In this document: positions 17,527-26,901 of the stretch, in pieces
Layout of the letters: every line of letters starts with the position of its first letter
Position numbering within the stretch: position 1 is the stretch's first letter
Assembly (NCBI GenBank): GCA_021399395.1
Contig: JAAFKJ010000117.1
Location: 1-26,901 of the forward strand
DNA from: Candidatus Heimdallarchaeota archaeon
GTDB taxonomy: Archaea; Asgardarchaeota; Heimdallarchaeia; Heimdallarchaeales; Heimdallarchaeaceae
Length of the DNA stretch: 26,901 nucleotides
Direction of reading: 5' to 3'
Notes under the pieces: model-generated
Databases searched by the model: none
What the model was told of the DNA's origin: nothing
The model's input: the letters and a program-made list of their open reading frames with translations, nothing else
Program-made: the position numbers and the translations under genes

Positions 17527-17808
17527 ATGGTAACTCGAGTAAAATTGTGTGTTAAATGCGGTAGACCCATAACAAATAGTACAGGTTATTGTGAGGATTG
17601 TTCCAAAGAAGTTTCCATTGGAATTAAAGAGAGGTGTTCAAATTGTGGAAAAAGTAATTTGATGTCTCCTCTTGCTTATAATAAAAAGACTAAACACGTT
17701 TATTGTAAACAATGCTTGGATCTCTTTGTTAAACAACTACGACTTCAAGAGTTACCTGAAGATCACATAAAACGTATAATTGACAAAGATTTTGTTCCTG
17801 TCAAATAA
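17527..17808 (+). CDS. Small double zinc-ribbon protein (four CxxC)
   Basis: CVKC, CEDC, CSNC, CKQC. ATG 17527 preferred over the tracked GTG 17449, which falls inside the ORB-like box. Confidence 0.75.
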   Translation: MVTRVKLCVKCGRPITNSTGYCEDCSKEVSIGIKERCSNCGKSNLMSPLAYNKKTKHVYCKQCLDLFVKQLRLQELPEDHIKRIIDKDFVPVK

Positions 17809-17810
17809 TC

Positions 17811-19655
17811 TCAATATTTCATTATTTTATTCTTGTATATTCTATCATGAACTTGCTTAATTTGTCTTCTACTTGCCATTTTTGCTCCTAAATATGTAAT
17901 TACTATAAACCAGAACATAATTGCAAATAAAAATATGAAATAATAACTTAGTTTTGTATATGGCACAAGAAAATATCTTGTTATAATAGATCCAAAATAC
18001 GTACCAAATATCGTTCCTGGAATGATTTGTAACAATACTGTTCTTATTGAAATCTTAGCGATTTTCTTTCTAGACACACCCAATCTGTACAATAGTTCAT
18101 AATCACACCTATAGCTTAAAACGTACAAAAACGCAAATATTATGATTTGAAGAGAGAATATTAAGAATAATAAACCTCCTAATATACCATATACTGTTGA
18201 GAAGGTTCGATAATCTTTCTTACTCTCTTTTACTAAATCATACATGTTATTTATCGAATACCCATAACTGTCAACTATACTGGTAACTAAGGACAGAGTT
18301 GTTGAATTGATTTCCCCTAGTGCAATAAAATTTGGACCATTACCCTCAGTTTCTGACATTAGTTTATTCATTGACATATAAACTGAAAACCCAGCAGAAA
18401 ACGTATCTTGTATTACGCCACTTACATCATATCTATCCGAATTTTGGGTTATTTTCAATTCTTGATATTTACTGTCCTCAAAAATGGCGTTATCCAAAGA
18501 TTCCCCTAATATAACTTCTCCATTGTTTGATGGTTCCTCTCCCCAAATGAATAGATCTTCACTAACTGGAAAATCCTCACAACCTAGTACGGTAGCGTAA
18601 CCTGTTCTATTATAGCCTAACATTACTACATCATAGTAAACTTGCTCCCAAACTACGGCGATTTCCTGTATCTCGAGCTTCGTAATGAAGAATTCTTGAA
18701 CATCTACTCCGCTCGTTTCAAGTTCACTTATTAAACTACTATTAACCTCTAGACTATTAAAGAACGCCAAATCTTCAATTTTATCTCCCTTATATGGTGA
18801 GTTTGTAAATGGTTGAGCTCCTAAATTAGATTGATAGAAATCTACCATTTCATTATCAGCAATAACATATGCAATATTACTGAACCTGTTATCTATTTGA
18901 TAACTGTAAGTTTCAGTAATTGATACTGGTCCTAATGCAAATGATATTATTGAGAAAGCTAGAAAGAAACTGAAAATGAGACTTGCTAATATCTTTCCCG
19001 ATCTTATATAGTTCTTCATTGCTATTTTTGAAGAAGTTTTTAATTTTTCAATTATCCCCTTAAATTCAAATAAACTCTTGTAATTGCTTAATTTTCCTGA
19101 AGACACTTCAAAATTCTTCTCACTAATGAATCTAAGGATTGTGTAGTGCGATTTTAGATATGCTACTAGCAAAATTCCAATATTTGCTCCTAATACAGGG
19201 ATGAATTTAACGTTTTCAAATAGAAAGCCAAAATTGAATGAGTAAAAGACAATTGCTAGTATTATTAAAGCAAGGATAACTCCCAATATGAGCATTATAA
19301 GTGCTGTAATAATCTGATTAAAGATGAAGTAACTGTATATCCACTTATTCTTTCCTCCCACATTCTTCATTATGGCAATATCATCCTTCTGGTTCTGAAA
19401 TTTCAAGTCAATTGATCTTGTTGTAACTACCCCTCCAATTATTATACAAACAATGATAAAGATAATTCCCATCCAAGAGTAAGAATTGTAGAATGTGCTT
19501 GATACAGACCAATAGAGGTAAGGACTTACAATTGAATACATGGCTATACTAAATACAATTGCTGAATAGGTTACAATAAGACCAATGGATGAGAATATTG
19601 AGGTTAAAAGGGATCTCTTGAAATTTATCCATGCAAATCTAACTTGCCCTATCAT
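17811..19655 (-). CDS. ABC transporter permease, FtsX/MacB-like
   Basis: Two hydrophobic TM bundles, each with the FtsX signature (DIAIMKNVGG; ELLYRLGVSRKKI), and a large extracellular domain. Follows the ATPase gene; Shine-Dalgarno AGGTG present. Confidence 0.85.
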   Translation of the reverse strand: MIGQVRFAWINFKRSLLTSIFSSIGLIVTYSAIVFSIAMYSIVSPYLYWSVSSTFYNSYSWMGIIFIIVCIIIGGVVTTRSIDLKFQNQKDDIAIMKNVGGKNKWIYSYFIFNQIITALIMLILGVILALIILAIVFYSFNFGFLFENVKFIPVLGANIGILLVAYLKSHYTILRFISEKNFEVSSGKLSNYKSLFEFKGIIEKLKTSSKIAMKNYIRSGKILASLIFSFFLAFSIISFALGPVSITETYSYQIDNRFSNIAYVIADNEMVDFYQSNLGAQPFTNSPYKGDKIEDLAFFNSLEVNSSLISELETSGVDVQEFFITKLEIQEIAVVWEQVYYDVVMLGYNRTGYATVLGCEDFPVSEDLFIWGEEPSNNGEVILGESLDNAIFEDSKYQELKITQNSDRYDVSGVIQDTFSAGFSVYMSMNKLMSETEGNGPNFIALGEINSTTLSLVTSIVDSYGYSINNMYDLVKESKKDYRTFSTVYGILGGLLFLIFSLQIIIFAFLYVLSYRCDYELLYRLGVSRKKIAKISIRTVLLQIIPGTIFGTYFGSIITRYFLVPYTKLSYYFIFLFAIMFWFIVITYLGAKMASRRQIKQVHDRIYKNKIMKY

Positions 19656-19675
19656 ACTGCGTTCACCTAATCTCT

Positions 19676-20470
19676 TTATTTTTCCTCTTTTATCAACGTC
19701 TCATCTTCAAAGAAGTATTCGTCTTTTCCTCTTTCCAAGGAACCGATTGTACGATACTCTATCTCCTCACCCTTTCTTCTTTCAGGATATTCTGTCTCCA
19801 GTTGAACTTGTTTTGAGCCTACTTTGTAAACTTTTGAAGCAATTTCATTCATTTTTTGATCATGAGATGAAATTATAATTGTGATGTCAGTTGTTAGGAA
19901 TACTTCCTCTATTAAATTACATAGATCATTAGCTGATTCTCTGTCTAGATTTCCTGTTGGCTCGTCTAGTATTAGTATATAGGGATTAGTAGATAGAGCT
20001 CTAGCAATTGCTATCCTTTTCTTTTCTCCTCCACTTAGTTGTGCAGGAAAGCTATCTTTTCTGTGGTCAATACCTAGTTTTGTAAGAAGTTCGTCAATTC
20101 TTTCTTGTTTGTCTTCACTCTCATATTCACACAATTCTTGAAATAAAACGACATTTTCAGTGACTGTCAAGGTTGAAACAAGATTGTTTTCTTGAAATAC
20201 TATTCCCAAATAGTTAGATCTATAATCTGCTTTGTCTTTTTCTGGAATAAGGTCTAAATATAATCCCGCTACTTGTATTTCACCTTCATCTGGTAGCAAT
20301 AATCCTGTAATTAGATTTAACAATGTTGTTTTTCCACTTCCACTTGGACCATAGAATAGTATTAATTCATTTCTTTCTATTTCTAGATTTATGTTATCAA
20401 ATATGACTATGTCTTCCCAGAAGAGTTGAAACTTCTTTGAAACTTCTTTTATTTTTATTATTTGGTCCAT
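19676..20470 (-). CDS. ABC transporter ATP-binding protein (LolD/MacB-like)
   Basis: GPSGSGKT, LSGGEKKRIAIARAL, ILDEPTGNLD, SSHD. Confidence 0.95.
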   Translation of the reverse strand: MDQIIKIKEVSKKFQLFWEDIVIFDNINLEIERNELILFYGPSGSGKTTLLNLITGLLLPDEGEIQVAGLYLDLIPEKDKADYRSNYLGIVFQENNLVSTLTVTENVVLFQELCEYESEDKQERIDELLTKLGIDHRKDSFPAQLSGGEKKRIAIARALSTNPYILILDEPTGNLDRESANDLCNLIEEVFLTTDITIIISSHDQKMNEIASKVYKVGSKQVQLETEYPERRKGEEIEYRTIGSLERGKDEYFFEDETLIKEEK

Positions 20471-20548
20471 TGTGCTCGACCATTCAAATTACTATTCTCA
20501 CATTTATGAACCTATTTATTTCATTTAATGAGCTTGAAAAACAATAGT

Positions 20549-20622
20549 AGCGAAGTTTCGAGATGAGATTATCATTCCAGGCAATATGCCATAAGTCAAG
20601 TCCCACACGAGAAAACTTCGCT
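20549..20622. other. Structured 74-nt element closed by a 10-bp perfect inverted repeat (candidate ncRNA or cis element)
   Basis: AGCGAAGTTT (20549-20558) pairs with AAACTTCGCT (20613-20622). Inner hairpin GGCA-ATA-TGCC at 20580-20590. GC-richer than its flanks. Confidence 0.45.
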
Positions 20623-20706
20623 GATGGTACATTATTCTAAGCTAATATAAATTCTACTTTTAAGTTCAAGAAATAAATAAGACATGAGAAGAAAGAGATT
20701 TTTTAC

Positions 20707-21519
20707 TTATGTAGTGCTAAAATCAATTTCAATATGTATCAGATTTAGAGTTAAATCAAATACTGCTGGTGCTATCGGATACTCAATTAGCTGCGAAAAT
20801 CCTAATGTGCTGGCTGTTATTCTCAAATCATCTGTTTGAGTTCCAAGATCAAATGATTCAACATATTGGTTCATCTTTGCGATTTTGATCATTGTTGCAT
20901 CATTAATTACAGGGAAGTATTCTCCTTGTCCTCCTTCTGTTCTAGTTGTATTCAAATGTATTATAATGACGTTGATTTCTATTTTACTTGCTGTAATTAT
21001 TTCGACATTAACAAACATACTATAATATAATTTTAGCAATTTGTAACCATCAAATGATTGATGAACTATATTTGTCATCTGAGTAGTTCTGTTAGTGGAA
21101 TAAACCATTAGAAGAGGACTTCCAAAATCATAGATCACTCCTCCAGATCCTTTGAAATTTCCATTTAACTTGTAAGTAATTTCTCCTGGTTTAACAGAGT
21201 GATTTAACAAATTACTACTTTTTGAAGTAATTAATAAGAAGATTTCACGTTCTTGGGAGACATCTAGTGTACCGCTGTCTAAATTATATCTTACAACATT
21301 AGATGAGCCATCTGGGGCAGAAATTAACTTCTTAATCTCAGAATCAAAAGACAAGAATGTGTTTGTTGCAGCTGTCAAATCGCTTTCTGTTTGAAATCTT
21401 TCTAGAGATGGTACAATTTGAGCAAAAGCTAAACCTAGCGCACTCACCATGACTGTGAAAATTACCAAGGTAGAGATAATGTTTGATACTCCTCGCTTGG
21501 ATTTACATAATTTCTTCAT
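20707..21519 (-). CDS. Archaeal type IV pilin/archaellin-like protein (class III signal peptide)
   Basis: Basic N-terminus KSKRG|VS followed by hydrophobic helix NIISTLVIFTVMVSALGLAF, then a beta-rich remainder. Confidence 0.75.
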   Translation of the reverse strand: MKKLCKSKRGVSNIISTLVIFTVMVSALGLAFAQIVPSLERFQTESDLTAATNTFLSFDSEIKKLISAPDGSSNVVRYNLDSGTLDVSQEREIFLLITSKSSNLLNHSVKPGEITYKLNGNFKGSGGVIYDFGSPLLMVYSTNRTTQMTNIVHQSFDGYKLLKLYYSMFVNVEIITASKIEINVIIIHLNTTRTEGGQGEYFPVINDATMIKIAKMNQYVESFDLGTQTDDLRITASTLGFSQLIEYPIAPAVFDLTLNLIHIEIDFSTT

Positions 21520-21664
21520 GTAAGAATAGATTTGTTTTGGTCTTATTTAATTTTGTGTAAGTTCTGTTAATAAGGTATCATATGCTTTTTTGATAGACTA
21601 ATAAAAAAACGTTAAACGACATGGTTTTGCAATTCAAACAGAATCAAGGAATATTCACAAGATG

Positions 21665-22204
21665 TTATCCCATTTCTTCAAGTTCAGTGATTGTTAGTTT
21701 TATAATATTATCTACCACTTTCACAAGTGAATTGTCTTCTAAAATAGGGATGATTCTGTTCTTCAAAGTAACTGCAGGTATTGTCGTATCTTCTTGAAGT
21801 ATTTTAAATGTTGATTCATGATCAGGTGAGGATGCAAGAGCAACTAATACATCAATGTTCTCTTTTTGACTTGGAATCCAATTTGAAATAACTTTAATTG
21901 TGAATATATACCCTTCTTGTTTCAATTCTAGTTTGCTTATTTTTCTTTCTAGATCTTCGCACTTCTTCTCAAATGGCAATAGAAAATCTAATTTATCTTG
22001 TATTTCTGTAACTTGGATTTTCAACCTCTCATTCTCATTTGTTATTTCTTTAACTTGTCCATGTATAGAAGAAAGATTAGTTTTTGAATCTTGTATGTCA
22101 TCTAACTTTTCTTTCAGCTCTTCTATTTCATCATTAAATCTTCTTGATTCAGAATCAGCTATTTGATCTATCTTCTGTAAAAGATTTCTTATTTCCTCTA
22201 TCAT
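21665..22204 (-). CDS. Hypothetical coiled-coil protein with a possible C-terminal winged helix
   Basis: About 100-aa heptad-rich N-terminus, then TFKILQEDTTIPAVTLKNRIIPILEDNSLVKV resembling an HTH plus wing. Confidence 0.65.
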   Translation of the reverse strand: MIEEIRNLLQKIDQIADSESRRFNDEIEELKEKLDDIQDSKTNLSSIHGQVKEITNENERLKIQVTEIQDKLDFLLPFEKKCEDLERKISKLELKQEGYIFTIKVISNWIPSQKENIDVLVALASSPDHESTFKILQEDTTIPAVTLKNRIIPILEDNSLVKVVDNIIKLTITELEEMG

Positions 22205-23156
22205 TGTGATACCAAGTTATACTTTAGATAAAAAATTTTCTAAAAAACTAATGTATTTCTGAGGTAATATATTTGTATTATATTTGTAATTCTTATTTTG
22301 CTATTTATCTCTATTTTGGCTATAGTTTATATTTTAATAGCTTTTAGTTTATTTGGAACAGATTTACTGATTTGACAGTACTTGTAGTAGTTTTTCTATG
22401 TACAATAAAGGATTAATCTCATAGACATTGATTTGGGTTCGCAAGATGATTTGATTTTTTGATCTTACAGGAGATAATTTATTTTGTAAATTATCATATG
22501 ATTTTATCTTCGTAAATTATTTCAATTTCTTAGTGATTACTTTTATTCAAATGAAATTCTAATTCATCACTTTTGTAACAATTGATTGTGATAGCAATAC
22601 AAACTTTTTTTGTCATTCAAAGTTCATCAATTTATTTCATCTTAATCTAGTTCTTTCTAATCAGCTGTGATCTACTAGACTCCCTAATAGTATGTTTTAT
22701 AGAAATAGTGTCTAGGTGTTATCGTACAACCCCCTGATTTTCTAAATTGATTTCATTAACGTTATGCTACATTGAAAAAGTTGTTATTGCTCATTGGGTT
22801 ATCAAATTTCTACAAAATTCTTAATAATTTTTTATTTTTCTTCTAGATGGTATTTCATATTGTTGTTGTCTTATTCTTATAATATTTTGTTTATCTTTAC
22901 TATGATAATATGATTGAGCTGACATTTAGTGAAAAAATTATACTTTCATTTAACTTCCGACATTAATCTAGTATTACTGAGTATGTCGAGATTGGGAGCT
23001 TATAGAATGAAATCTGCCGTTTTATGTCGGTTTTTTATTAGCTTAAGTCGTATTTTTCGATAATTTAAATGCTCTTGCCAATAATACTTGAATTTAGGTT
23101 CGTTTTCTCATATCTAGAAGTAGAATTTCCACTCTTATTCTCCAATATATCAATAA

Positions 23157-23381
23157 TCATCTTTTGATTAATTTGAATATTGAATAGATCATTCCCAAAC
23201 TGAGAAGTCCTATTGCACTGTAAGATAGAATAAGATAGTTATCAAGAAATCCTTTTGCTATAAATAAGCTTAAAAAAACAATGGTGGGAATACCAAAAAT
23301 ACAATTGATGAGTGCAAACTTGTTCAGCTTCTTCTTCTCTTTTTCGTTTCCAACTGAATAACTTAGAGTCACTTTGATCAA
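23157..23381 (-). CDS. Small two-TM membrane protein (may be a remnant)
   Basis: Two hydrophobic stretches flanked by basic residues. TTG start with no clear Shine-Dalgarno. Confidence 0.4.
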   Translation of the reverse strand: MIKVTLSYSVGNEKEKKKLNKFALINCIFGIPTIVFLSLFIAKGFLDNYLILSYSAIGLLSLGMIYSIFKLIKR

Positions 23382-23448
23382 TATTACTTCTATCTTTGGT
23401 TATTTATTCCCCACAATTATTTCCTAACTCTCATTTTGTATTAATCTT

Positions 23449-25347
23449 TTAAGCTTGGAATAGGAATGGAGAAATAATATCGGTTCCATATATCTGTTCA
23501 GCTTCAACCAATCTCTTACGTTGTTGCTCTAATTTTTCAAAGAACAGATTGGGCACATTTGTTTCGTTCTTGAAGATATTTTCTATTCTCTCAATCTTCT
23601 CTAGAAACTTAGTTATTCTAACTGAAAACTCAGCTTCATATCTTGTTTTTTCATAATCTATATCAAAAACCTCTTTGAATAGTTTAGCTAAATCTCCATA
23701 TTTGGGAATAAACCCTATTGGTGTTTCTATTGCTTCATATTCCTTTTGAACTCTGCCCTCAGCCCAGATCAACCATATCTTCTTATCAAGTATTTCGTCA
23801 TAATAGTTTCCTTTTTCATCTCTTAAGAAGTAATTAGTGGAAAATATTTTTGGAAGTTTTTCGGAAGCTACTCTTTCTCCAAATTTTAAATGAGCTTTTA
23901 GATACTCTCCTAGTGGTACAACAATAAAATCTAAGTTAGCCATAGGTTGATGTTTCCTAACGCCTGCTTTTCCTAATGTTGCTGCAGTAGTCTCTGATTC
24001 TATTGAGGCTCCAACATATACACCATGCTCCCAGCTAAAACATTCATACACGGGAACAGATGTATCGCTATCTCTTCCCCCATAGATTATTCCAGATACT
24101 TCTACACCATTTGGATCATGTAAAGCTTCATCAACGTTCTCTAGTTCTTCTAACCTTAGAGTGTATCTTGCATTTGGGTGTGAATATTTAAACTCATTAC
24201 CCTCTTCATCACAGCACATACCTGTTGTCCATTCACCAAGTTTCGAAGAAGTCCAATTCATCCCTGTTTCTGGAATGGCTACTTGTTTTCCCATACCTAA
24301 CCAGTACGTTTGACCTTCAGAAATTAGTATGTTTGAGAATATTGTTTCTCTTGGAGTTTTCAAACTGTTGTAGATAACAGGGTCATTTTTAGGACTAACA
24401 TCTTTAATGATGCCAAAAATACCTCGTTCTATGTTGACAGCTCTTACTTCTCCCTCATCACAAATTCTAAGATATGCTATATCATCTCCAACAATAGTGT
24501 TTCCTGGGATCATAGCTGTGCTTGTTTTTCCACAAGCACTTGGATAAGCTCCAAGGAAGTAAGTCTTTCTACTCTTATCTAGGGGCCAAATTGCGCTGAT
24601 GAACATATGTTCTGTTAACCAATCCTCATGAATTGCTTTGTTGATGGCTAAACGGAGAGCAAGTTTTTTCAAACCTAAACTATTACCTGCATACTGATTG
24701 TTTACTGTAAAAACACGGTTTTCTATTAAATCAATGTAAATTCTTCTTTTGTCTACACTTTTGGTTACATGTTTATCAGTTAATTCTCCAGCAGAATGGA
24801 TGAAATAAAAGAAATCTTCTGAACCTTCTAATCTTTTGAATTCTTCATATCCTTGTCTATACAATAGATCTTCTGAATGTGCTACATATGTTGAATCAGT
24901 TATTTGAAGAGCACAAATGGAGAACCTTGAATTGGTAGGACCTAAACTGAAGAATCTGATTATAGCAGTTTTTCCTGTCATTACTCCATCCATAATCTCC
25001 AATACTTCTTCTAATCCCTCATCACGATCAATGGTGTTGATGTGTTGACCATACTTCTCTTTTTCCTCAGATGGGACTAATAATCTTGTATTCTTTTTAT
25101 CTCTTGCTTGGTCATAATAGCCGTCATAATGTACTGTATGACCATCTATAGCTAATTTTATTTCCTCTTTAAAGTCAATAGCCATTTGACGAACAAACGC
25201 AATATCTTCTGGTGAGTCATCGATAACAACAGCCTTTTCTGGGCTACATAGGGTTAGATATTCATCAATTACTTTTTCGACCTTAGGATTATTCAGAGCC
25301 TTTATTTTCTCTAGATCCTTTTTATTTATCCACTTTTCGAGATTCAT
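23449..25347 (-). CDS. pckG: Phosphoenolpyruvate carboxykinase (GTP)
   Basis: QITDSTYV, YAGNSLGLKKLALR, WLTEHM, AYPSACGKTSTAM, VGDDIAY, HPNARY, GGRDSDT. Confidence 0.96.
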   Translation of the reverse strand: MNLEKWINKKDLEKIKALNNPKVEKVIDEYLTLCSPEKAVVIDDSPEDIAFVRQMAIDFKEEIKLAIDGHTVHYDGYYDQARDKKNTRLLVPSEEKEKYGQHINTIDRDEGLEEVLEIMDGVMTGKTAIIRFFSLGPTNSRFSICALQITDSTYVAHSEDLLYRQGYEEFKRLEGSEDFFYFIHSAGELTDKHVTKSVDKRRIYIDLIENRVFTVNNQYAGNSLGLKKLALRLAINKAIHEDWLTEHMFISAIWPLDKSRKTYFLGAYPSACGKTSTAMIPGNTIVGDDIAYLRICDEGEVRAVNIERGIFGIIKDVSPKNDPVIYNSLKTPRETIFSNILISEGQTYWLGMGKQVAIPETGMNWTSSKLGEWTTGMCCDEEGNEFKYSHPNARYTLRLEELENVDEALHDPNGVEVSGIIYGGRDSDTSVPVYECFSWEHGVYVGASIESETTAATLGKAGVRKHQPMANLDFIVVPLGEYLKAHLKFGERVASEKLPKIFSTNYFLRDEKGNYYDEILDKKIWLIWAEGRVQKEYEAIETPIGFIPKYGDLAKLFKEVFDIDYEKTRYEAEFSVRITKFLEKIERIENIFKNETNVPNLFFEKLEQQRKRLVEAEQIYGTDIISPFLFQA

Positions 25348-25470
25348 CTCTAGTAGTCTCCTGAATCATAAATATGATATGAATCTCTTTCGCTAAATGG
25401 GTGTTATAAATCTGTCAGTATGACAATAAATACTAAATGCTAAAATCTTTCTAAAATTCAATTGTTGGTA

Positions 25471-26016
25471 TTAATCTTCTTTGAACAGTTCTTTGTACAA
25501 TTTCATAGAATGAGTTATACACTTGAATGCTTCCTCTTTCTTATCCCACCCAATTACCTCTACTTTCTTTCCATGTTCTAATCCTTTGTATGTCTTGAAA
25601 AATTCTGATATTTCTTGCAATGTATGGGGATAAACATCTTCTAAATTGTAGACTCCGTGATAGATAGGATCCTTCGACGCAACAGCTAGAATTTTATCAT
25701 CATGACCTTTCTCGTCTCTCATTCTCAATACTCCTATTGGCCTAGCTGTCAAAACACATCCAGTAAATGTTGGTTCAGAGATTAGCACAAGAACATCAAG
25801 TGCATCACCATCTTCAAAATAAGTTTGAGGAATTAATCCATAGTCACCAGGAAAGTGGACCGAGGAATGTAACACCCTATCTAAATATAAGACACCATCT
25901 TTTCCTAATTCATATTTATTCTTGCTATCCTTAGGATTTTCAATAATTGCATAGATTTCTTCAGGAGGATTGGGTCCAGCTTCAATTTTATGCCAAAGAG
26001 ATTCTTCCTTTTTCAT
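25471..26016 (-). CDS. ppa: Inorganic pyrophosphatase (family I)
   Basis: KNKYE, LDRVL, YGLIPQT, EDGDALDVLV, DDKILAV, FFKTYKGLE. Confidence 0.97.
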   Translation of the reverse strand: MKKEESLWHKIEAGPNPPEEIYAIIENPKDSKNKYELGKDGVLYLDRVLHSSVHFPGDYGLIPQTYFEDGDALDVLVLISEPTFTGCVLTARPIGVLRMRDEKGHDDKILAVASKDPIYHGVYNLEDVYPHTLQEISEFFKTYKGLEHGKKVEVIGWDKKEEAFKCITHSMKLYKELFKED

Positions 26017-26437
26017 TTTCCTCTTTTGAACAGACGCAGAATCAAAATAAAAACCTTACCAAAGACAAAAAGTGATTGAAAGGATCTGTCACTTTCTTCC
26101 TTGAAGTGTTTTAATAGTTTCTTTCTACTATTATACTAACCCTTTCCTAAGAGTTGAGTGATGATGTACAAAGAAAAATACGATTCTGACGAAGGAGACG
26201 ATTCTATTTTACCACCTATGTGAAGACCATAAACCGTAATTAAGTCTACTCTTTTATCTTTTCATTTGTAAAAACTGTAGTAACTTGCAATTTAAATGCA
26301 ATCTGAAACACGGCATTTAAACAAATGCAAAAAGATTCTATTAAAATGATTTGACATTCTAGGAAAAATTTTCTTGTAAACTCGAATTAGCTGACAAGAA
26401 CTCTCCTAGAATCTGACGAACCGATCTCTATTTTACC

Positions 26438-26901
26438 TAACTACGCTTGAGCAATTAGTGATTGTGGGCTAAACATCTCGCCGTAGCTCGACGCGTACAC
26501 CCCAATTCTATCAAACGGATCTTCTTTCCGCGCTCTCGTCTGTATCGAAGGTTGCTGTCACCAGACCCCTTATAGTGATACAGAGTGGGCGACTCGTTTC
26601 GAGAGTAGCTTCGAGCGTAGATGCATTCCGCTCTTATCTACAAGGGCTTAGCTACCCGGCAATGCCCTTTAGGACAACCGGTACACCAGCGGCCCCAGCC
26701 GCCTGTTCCTCTCGTACTGTGGAGGCTTTACTCTCAATCGCCCGTCAGCACCATCAGATAGAATCCAACCTGTCTCACAACGGTCTAAACCCAGCTCACG
26801 TTCCCTTTTAATGGGCGTACAACCCCACTCTTGGCGGCTGAATCACCACCAAGCTAGGAAGAGCCGACATCGAGGTAGCAAGCCGTGAGGTCGATGTGAA
26901 C
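26438..26901 (-). rRNA. rrl: 23S rRNA, 3' portion (continues beyond the window)
   Basis: Reverse complement of the sarcin-ricin loop AGUACGAGAGGAAC at 26705-26718, plus peptidyl-transferase-region signatures GAGCCGACATCGAGGT and AACCCAGCTCACGTTCC. The 3' end is approximate. Confidence 0.97.

Noticed and set aside
17355-22166. ORFs 17355-17570, 18332-18514, 19585-19878 and 21900-22166
   Set aside because: They are antisense shadows of real genes or run across a regulatory region.
22729-22750. ORB-like string (minus strand TCAATTTAGAAAATCAGGGGGT)
   Set aside because: It has a G-string but lacks the TCCA-N-TGGA core, and it is isolated.
26575-26811. 78-aa ORF on the plus strand
   Set aside because: It is antisense to 23S rRNA, a well-known source of spurious ORFs.

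Overview
AT-rich archaeal chromosome segment, most likely from an Asgard archaeon (Heimdallarchaeia-like). This assignment is inferred from a diphthamide-less EF-2 paralog, a 23S rRNA helix-98/ES39 insertion and an SmAP3-type Lsm. From left to right the window holds the 3' tail of an IS200/IS605-family tnpB, an RNase H-fold protein, a MoxR AAA+/VWA pair, a Zn-ribbon-PUA-PAPS-reductase-4Fe4S gene, SmAP3, tgtA, an OB-fold protein, a stand-alone rps10, the EF-2 paralog, an MtaD-like deaminase and cdc6/orc1. After cdc6 comes a probable replication-origin region, followed by an ABC transporter, a pilin-like protein, GTP-PEPCK, ppa and the 3' end of 23S rRNA. The strongest leads are three. (1) The ~3.5 kb region next to cdc6 has two ORB clusters about 2 kb apart, an abrupt purine/pyrimidine skew flip near their midpoint inside an M42 peptidase gene, nine TGTGAA boxes, a four-half-site TCTTACCAC array, and four small uncharacterised wHTH/Zn proteins. 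(2) A U_UUU_UUA slippery site at the MoxR stop codon would fuse AAA+ and VWA into a ChlD-like protein by -1 frameshifting. (3) The PUA-PAPS-reductase gene appears to need a non-canonical ATC start. All family assignments come from motif recognition; no database searches were run.
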